64,000 nucleotides of DNA from Amphiscolops sp. MND2022 (Eukaryota). The stretch's first letter is position 1, and each line of letters starts with the position of its first letter. The notes below the pieces were generated by a model. The model did not search any database. It worked only from the letters and a program-made list of their open reading frames with translations, and was not told the DNA's origin. The position numbers and the translations under genes were made by a program. Location of the stretch: the NCBI GenBank assembly GCA_964187785.1, contig OZ076417.1, positions 15,748,001 to 15,812,000 of the forward strand. The letters run 5' to 3'. Positions 55,987 to 64,000 of this stretch are shown piece by piece.

Positions 55987-57466
55987 ACACTTCATCTTAT
56001 ATTACAAATAATAAAACTCGTGACACTAATCTATCTCATACTCGTATTCGTAACCCTACTGACGGCTCTTTTCTTCCTTCATCCAATGATACATCTCAAA
56101 ATAGACATCTCAAATCTCATTATAGATTAGGACAACAACCACGAAAGGATTATAGACTTTTCCTTTCACCCTCCAAACTTTTGAACCACTAATCACTCAT
56201 AACTTTTAGAAACTTTAAAACAGTAACACCTCATCAGGCTCAGCTCTGAAGAATAAAACCCTGAATATAAATCAAAAAGTGGAAAAAATAGTAAATATCA
56301 AAATTGTGACAACCTGGATTCGTCTTCTGATACATCTCCATCTGCACCAAGTACAACTAGTTCCACTTCTCAAACAGTTTTAACAACTCACCCACGTAAT
56401 GTAACTACACAACTTACAAGACCATATTCTAACATTTTTGATACATCATCAACCATAAGCTGTAGTACATCTTCTAGTACAAACCGACCTCCGATAAGTG
56501 AAATACCTACAACTCCACCATCTCACTCTCATTCATTACCCATCCAGACTCCTCTGGTTCATATACCAAATCCAGATTCTGTTGCAAAATACATAGATTA
56601 TAAACCATAAAAACCATATTTCCTGAACCTAGACTATGACCTGAACTAGATCTAGTACATACCAAAAGCAACGTATAATACAGATCTTGAATCAAGACAA
56701 AATCACAAAGATATTCTACTCTCAAAACACTTCATCTTATATTACAAATAATAAAACTCGTGACACTAATCTATCTCATACTCGTATTCGTAACCCTACT
56801 GACGGCTCTTTTCTTCCTTCATCCAATGATACATCTCAAAATAGACATCTCAAATCTCATTATAGATTAGGACAACAACCACGAAAGGATTATAGACTTT
56901 TCCTTTCACCCTCCAAACTTTTGAACCACTAATCACTCATAACTTTTAGAAACTTTAAAACAGTAACACCTCATCAGGCTCAGCTCTGAAGAATAAAACC
57001 CTGAATATAAATCAAAAAGTGGAAAAAATAGTAAATATCAAAATTGTGACAACCTGGATTCGTCTTCTGATACATCTCCATCTGCACCAAGTACAACTAG
57101 TTCCACTTCTCAAACAGTTTTAACAACTCACCCACGTAATGTAACTACACAACTTACAAGACCATATTCTAACATTTTTGATACATCATCAACCATAAGC
57201 TGTAGTACATCTTCTAGTACAAACCGACCTCCGATAAGTGAAATACCTACAACTCCACCATCTCACTCTCATTCCTTACCCATCCAGACTCCTCTGGTTC
57301 ATATACCAAATCCAGATTCTGTTGCAAAATACATAGATTATAAACCATAAAAACCATATTTCCTGAACCTAGACTATGACCTGAACTAGATCTAGTACAT
57401 ACCAAAAGCAACGCATAATACAGATCTTGAATCAAGACAAAATCACAAAGATATTCTACTCTCAAA
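55987..57466 (+). repeat. 740-bp near-perfect tandem duplication
   Basis: 55987-56726 versus 56727-57466; two substitutions seen (ATTCATTACC/ATTCCTTACC, ACGTATAAT/ACGCATAAT); ACACTT microhomology at all three junctions. Confidence 0.95.
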
Positions 57467-57578
57467 ACACTTAAAAAAAATTTCTAGTTCACTATCAAAC
57501 TTTTTAGACGACGATTCAACACAAGGATTTAAACCCTCCCAAGACTCAAATAGTACAATATATATTTATATAAATATA

Positions 57579-58213
57579 CCAGGGCCGCATGTGCGGTAAA
57601 GGAGTCGGCTTAGGTCTTTTTCCTTCTGAAGTCGAAAAATGGCCCTTTTTTGACAATTTTTGGGCTAATTTTGGCTATGTTTCTCACATCCCAGCCATAA
57701 GATTTTGATGCCATTGCACATAAAGGACTCTAATATGGTGTAGAATAATTGTAAAAAATTGCGTTCGAATCGTATGGACAGTTTTTGAGAAAATCAAAAA
57801 AGTCGAAAAATGGCGGTTTTTTGGCCATTTTTGGGCTAATTTCGGCTATGCTTCGCACATCCCAGCCATACGATTCCGATCTCATTGAACATATAGGACT
57901 CTAAAATGGTGTAGAACAACTGTAGAAAATTCCGTTTGAATCGTATGGACTTTTTTTGAGAAAATCAAAAAAAGTGGAAAAATGTCTGTTTTTTAGCCAT
58001 TTTTGGGCTAATTTTGGCTATGTTTCGCACATCCTAGCCATACGATTTTGATGCCATTGCGCACGCAGGGGCCCCTTTGGGTGTAGAATGACTGTGCAAA
58101 CTTTTATGAAAATCGTATGGACAGGTTTTGAGAAATTTGAAATTTTCATGAAAAGGTCGGGAGAAAGAAAACAACACGATTGCATAAGTACTCGAAATAT
58201 TTTTCCGACTCCT
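57579..58213 (-). mobile_element. HINE-like element, copy 3, inserted in ORF-A of copy C
   Basis: CCAGGGCCGCATGTGCGGTAAAGGAGTCGG ... CCGACTCCT with about three 170-bp units. Confidence 0.8.
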
Positions 58214-58858
58214 AATATATATCGATATATTCTTCGTCCTCTACCTAATCAAAGACTCAGTACTAAAACATCTACTCTCAATTTTTCTGCACTATCCAGT
58301 AGTTCAGCTTCTCGTCTTTTAAGACAACACGCTCAACCACAATCTTCTGGAACACACACTTCTGAACTTGTTCACAATCCTACTTTACATCTCGTATTGA
58401 TACTGCATCTTTACTATCATCTGACGTACAAACTGCATATTTATCTGGTAACCTATTCTCCGAAGTTTTAGTACCTACTCCTGTACAACCTACAGCACGC
58501 CTTCCAGAATATTTTACTGCTGATAACTCTAGACCACCTACTCCTAATTTTGCTGACTATTCATTACGTGTTGACGAAATCACTATATACGAACCTAGAT
58601 TTGATCCTCGTTCTACACTCCTTGCAGAACGTTTTTTACATAACAACGAAATACTTTTTGAAAAACGTAAAGAACTTGAACTTAAAAAACTCCAACATCC
58701 AAACCTAGAATTAAAATTTGAAGTAAAGATTAGATTTCAAGGATTATATCCTCACCAAGTGTTTAAAGTAACAAAATTAGAACATAGAACTACACCTGCT
58801 CCTTTCATAGTCACATACGTAGATTTCAATAGAGACCCTACACTTCCAGATTTAACTT

Positions 58859-61470
58859 ATGGCAAAATCATGTTTTACAACCCTCATTCAGGCCTCAAAT
58901 ACACTACACTCTAAACCACATATGCTCACAAGCTATATACAAATAATATTTTACACCCCTCTTTGTAAAATATTATATTCTCATACAATACCTATTGAAC
59001 TTACAGAGACAGATGATTATCTTCCTCCAGATGATCCGAATATTACAAATCTTATGGTTTCTCACTATGATTGTGAAAAACAACAATTTGAGACAATTCA
59101 ATTTATAAATGTAAAACCGTGTACTGAAGCCTCTTCAAACATTCAACATGTGAAGGTTCGCGCCCGAGTTTATGTTCGAGCTAAAACTATACGCGTTAAA
59201 GCTTTCAAATGTGAAGCTTATGCTAAGAAAGAAAAGAAAATCTGTTTTCAAAGCTCAGTTAAATATAGACGTGTTGATCGCACTGTATGAAATTACAATA
59301 CATACCTCTTCCTATCACTCTTGGACCGGTAGAATGTAAACAGGTTATTAGACACCTTAATAGTACAAATAATAAAATATTAAGCAACTTTAATTATAAC
59401 CGTACTTTTACACTCTTAGAAGATCATTACTTCCAAGAGAAACTTGAACAATATCAAACTCCTTTTACAGTTTATAACTTCAATACAATGTATACTGGTA
59501 CATTCACCTACATGCCAGCAGATAAAACTTAGATTTATGACCCAAAATCAACCCTTTTCACAATTGTCCAGCACATCACCAGTTTGAAGTGAATCTACTT
59601 AGTTAGAGACTCCCCGTCTCTGAAGTAAAACTTACATATGATGATACAGAAAACCTAATGGTAATAGATGGTCACGCTCTTCCATGTTCCTTTGCCGATG
59701 GTTTTTGTAAACCCACTACTAAAACTCCTTTTACACTTGTCTGGTTTAGTGACGACTTTTGTCTAATCTTCACACTACAAGACTTTGTTGAACGAATGAC
59801 TAAAACAGATGATATATATTGGTTTGAAACAGACTCCTTTATTCACTCTTCACTACCAAATAAAACTGATACTTCCTCTGGAATAAGAGGCACTTCTTTT
59901 CCGTACATTCATTCGCCTCATACACAAGACCCACATAACCCAAGCCTCTCACGTTTTGAAATCTTTCCACTTCAAACCTTTTGTGGCAAACCTGAACCTC
60001 TTTATACTACACAGTATTCAGATCTTTTTGGTACTTATCAAGAAGGTTTCAACATGCATACAGGACAACCTAATCCTCAATCTATAATAAATGAATTCAT
60101 TTCTGGTAAAAAAGTTGTAGACTCTACAACAAAACACTATGTTTTTCAAGCAATAAATGTATCTAACAACTTTGCAACCATTGACTGTGATGCTCATATT
60201 AATACTAAAATAGATTTTACTATTAGCCATGTCTTTCACTCAATGACTGTACAAGAACTTAATACACTTCATACTATCTGTCACTTAAAACGTAATCAAC
60301 CCCTTACAATACTTGCTATGTCTGTACAAAACCCTCAACTTGCAGGATTCCTCTTAACGGGTAATCGATGTATTTTCCTATATGTAGAAGGCTCTACCGC
60401 TTGGCTATATGACTGTCCCCATTTTTTATCACCTTTATACAAGGCTGATTGTTGCTTTGATAGAATCCCTATACATTACAAAGATACTCTTATGTACGTA
60501 GACTTTATTACAAGACAAACATGACTATGCTACTCCTATACCTTGTGATAACAATCCACGAAACATTATAGAACTTGACCCTGACACTGATGACCAAGAT
60601 TTCTATATTCTCCGCACAGACTATATAAAATGCAAACCTCCTCTTATGTTTACACCTAATCAAATCAAAACAACAATACGCCCAAATACATTTACAGCTC
60701 AAGACGCTGGTATATATTCAAATGCAGAACTAGATCAATTTTGGAACAGAATTCTCTTTTCAAAACATTCTGATATAACACTTCAAATACGTTGAAATCT
60801 TACTCCTCTTTTTACACCATCATGGTTTGCTGATGCATCCATAACCCTATTTGGTTATCCATGCTACATTCTTACACAATGTGGATTATATTTCTCTACA
60901 TTCCTTTTTATACAAGCACTTCTAACACTCCTAATCAAAACTTACAAAACAATTTTTATCAAATTTAATCTGGAACAAGATATAACCATTTTTAGTCCTA
61001 TTGCACATGGTTTTTTAACATTTTTACATCTCAAATGATCAATGACCTAAAAGATGCTCCTTCCAAAAAAGGGCATTAGGTCCGAACAAAACTTCTTCAA
61101 ACTTTTCTCTGTCAACCATTACTGAAAATCCAATAGAACAAACATCCATCAATTCAGATTATCCTCCTGATAATCTTCAACTTTCTCCAAATCGAAATAA
61201 CGATTCACAAAACTTAAAAGGGATTATATCCCCACCTCCGTTTTATACTCCTACACGTAAATTACCCAAAAGGTCAAATCTAAAATCATTCCAAAACGTA
61301 AATCCTATAATACAATCACTATTGACAAATCAAAACAGGTAACACAATCTTTGACACATCCTTAATTACACCATTATACAATTGTCACTTCCAAATTTGA
61401 CAACACTGAAACGGAAACCCCTGTCAAGATTTATTTAAAAAGGATTTATTCGTTTCCACCACCTCTTTAA
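58859..61470 (+). pseudogene. Copy C envelope-like glycoprotein, homologue of 33240-35949; stop at 59288 and further lesions
   Basis: MAKS start; DDPNITNLMVSHYDCEKQ; ARVYVRAK..FKCEAYAKKEKKICFQ; GHALPCSFADGFCKPTTKTP; NPQLAGFLLTGNR; DCPHFLSPLY; hydrophobic segment at ~60800-61030. Confidence 0.75.
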
Positions 61471-61842
61471 CATCGGTCATTCAGCACTTTTCTTCACATG
61501 ACACCAGTTGGCTACCACTCTGACCTTAAAAATAAACTCTGACTTTAAAAATAAATATCTACAAAACGCCTTTCTCCACTTGAAATTAAATATCTTTAAA
61601 ACATCTTTCTTCACTTGCAGAGCAATAGTATATACAGAACGCCTTTCTACACTTGAAAAACGAAATATCTACAAAACGCCTTTCTTCCTCAAATATCACT
61701 TCGTAATTTCTAACAAAATTTATTCCTCAATCGAAATCTCTATAGTACGTCCAAATCAACCCATAATCAAAGTTCGTGCTTTATCTCAGCCTCAAACCGC
61801 TCCTTCAAAACAAGATAAAGCTACTCGTTAGTAGATTTCAAT

Positions 61843-63488
61843 ATGACTCAAGCTCAAATAGATCTTCAATCCCAACTGGATCAACAAAACATTTCAAATA
61901 TCTCAGACTCATCAACCACACCTTTGTGCAACACTTCACCGTTTTTGTTTCTCAGTCCTATTTAACCTACGAATAATCAACAAGATCAAATGGACACTAA
62001 TCACATCACTTCTAAATCTTCTGATGCTGATGAAAAATTTCCTGAACAATCTTTATCAACACCTCCGCTATCGAAAAAGAAATATGATATAATGAAAGAT
62101 CCCATCTTTCTCACTCCTCCTGTATATCCACCAGTCATCTCTCCAAAGTATTCAATTTCAACACAACGAGATGATTATCTCATACCGATTCTATCGACCG
62201 AAATTTCACATTAAAATCTCAACTCACATCTCTATATATGCACCCAACTGACTACACCTTCAAATTGTATGACAGAAACCAAGACTTCTTCACTTCTATT
62301 GCCTCGAAAAAAATGACACCATACCATTATTGGCTTGACAATAGTGTTAAAATTTTCTCACTTTAGTTCAACTTTCTCAGACCGTTAATATACGACCTCA
62401 AATCTGATGAAGATGACCCTCCCTTTCTCTCATCTTCGCAAAAAGCAACTCATCATAATACATACACTAAATTTCTCAAACATCAACAACCAAAAAATAA
62501 TGATTTCGTAAGTTACAAAAATACATCACCACACTTTATGACACACTTGTACACCATTGACCACTCTCCTTCTCTCATCTTCGCAAAAAGCATTGACACT
62601 CTCCTTTCTCTCATCTTCGCAAAAATTAACCAATCATAAAACATACACTAAATTTCTCAAACAACAAAAACCAAAAAATTACGATTTCGTAAGTTACAAA
62701 TATACATCACCACACTTTATGACACAATTGTACACCATTGACCACTCTCCTTCTCTCATCTTCGCAAAAAGCATTGACCACTCTCCTTTCTCTCATCTTC
62801 GCAAAAATCAACTAATCATAAAACATACACCAAATTTCTCAAACCTCAAAAACCAAAAAATTACGATTTCGTAAGTTACAAATATACATCACCACACTTT
62901 ATGACACACTTGTACACCATTGAGCACTCTCGTATAACGGGTTATTATCGAAACTATGGCCCTATAAAACAATAATTTTGTCTCTTGCCGTATAACGATA
63001 CATCAAGACCTATCATGGTTCCTTAAGAATATCTGATACAATTTGACGACTTCCTCTTGCCATGTGAGGTTCCTACTATCATAGCAAAACACCTCACGGT
63101 CATTAAACATCTTGTTTCTACTCCTCTCACCGACAAAGAGAAATCTTATCATACAACGTTATCGAAACAATCATACTCATTTAACGAACTATTGTTCATC
63201 TCTGCAAAAGTCATCGCCTTCATGGTTAAAGCTGAAAAACCCAAATCTGAGACACAATACACTACTCCTGAACAATACACTCCAAAACCACCAACAACTA
63301 CTACTGACAAACTCAACAATGTTCTTACATCACGAACTCTTCGTGATCTCACTTACAAACCCGATCCGTACAAAAGGAATCTTACGCATTCTTCACTTAC
63401 AACACTCACACACATTCTTGAATGCTATGACCACACTCTCAAAATTTTAGAATCTTTAGACATTGACTCACAAAGAATAACTCAATGA
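61843..63488 (+). pseudogene. Copy C accessory ORF-C (MTQAQIDLQ...), disrupted by an internal triplication
   Basis: Collinear with B 36240-37585: MKDPIFLTPPVYPP, YHYWLDNSVKIFSL, FDDFLLPC, HLTVIKHLVSTPL, NELLFISAK, LTHILECYD. Confidence 0.75.
62420..62930 (+). repeat. ~181-bp tandem triplication with nested ~35-bp sub-duplication
   Basis: CATACAC(T/C)AAATTTCTCAAA at ~62461, ~62642 and ~62823; the region is single-copy in B (~36830-36975). Confidence 0.9.
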
Positions 63489-64000
63489 TCAAAAGCAATA
63501 CAAAAAACACTTGAAAATTTGAATATTGTTTTTTCTAATCCTATATAACGCCTCTCCGTTAGGTCTCACTTTCTTTTATGGTACACTCCAAACCCTATAC
63601 AGGTGTCTTTGAATTTTGATTTGTATGATACGATTTTTCTAATATAAGACTTGTTGACCATTGGCCCTTTATTTTTTCAAATCTTTCACTCTCCGATATC
63701 TTGAACTATGATACACATTTTGACCTCAATATCAAACAAAGCTTTTGCTGATGTTATAACACGATATTGCACCAAAATTTTGATACAAAATTAGATCCAT
63801 TGGTTCACTTTTAAACATTTTCGTTGTTTAAGAAGCTTCTACTCTTCCCACTCCCATTCTTCCTTTCTCGTGGCATCCTTCCTCTCAGTTGTCCACCCAA
63901 CATCCTTCAGTCGTCTCTTCTCCAGGACCTTCTTCTGTCCTCGACCTTTCAGCCCAGCCTCATCCGTCATTTCTTCAATTGTTACGTTTCTTCTTCCTCC

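Larger units (their letters stand above)
46730..64000 (+). mobile_element. Giant env-bearing Ty3/Gypsy-type element, copy C (runs off the window; all domains present, decayed)
   Basis: 5' LTR, PBS, gag, PR, RT, RH, IN, ORF-A, env, ORF-B and ORF-C in order, collinear with copy B. Confidence 0.93.

Overview
Eukaryotic, transposon-saturated 64-kb window with no recognisable host gene, rRNA, intact tRNA or CRISPR array. Main contents: (1) an intact, very young BEL/Pao LTR retrotransposon (6905-14351, minus strand; 564-bp LTRs identical by eye, GATGC target-site duplication, unbroken 1737-aa Gag-Pol). It carries an extra ~202-aa ORF upstream of gag with SGNH/GDSL-hydrolase-like motifs and sits in or next to an old decayed Ty3/Gypsy element. 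(2) Three plus-strand, decayed copies (A, B, C) of a very large (~18 kb reconstructed) Ty3/Gypsy-type LTR family. In B and C the order is long gag, PR, (RT-RH-IN, deleted in B), accessory ORF-A, an envelope-like glycoprotein resembling class III (herpes gB/chuvirus-type) fusogens, then several more accessory ORFs conserved between copies. B is complete end to end (25188-40283, TTAT TSD). (3) Three Helentron-associated (HINE/DINE-like) non-autonomous elements carrying ~170-bp tandem units, one expanded into a 2.8-kb satellite with a 4-unit higher-order repeat. (4) A MULE-like MITE, a tRNA-like Pol III element, a long palindrome and several local duplications. Best candidates for undescribed biology: the env-plus-accessory-gene giant Gypsy lineage and the SGNH-like ORF in the BEL/Pao element. 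Protein family assignments come from motif recognition by eye, not database searches. Boundaries of decayed regions are approximate. The repeat families resemble ones I associate with acoel worm genomes, which is unverified.
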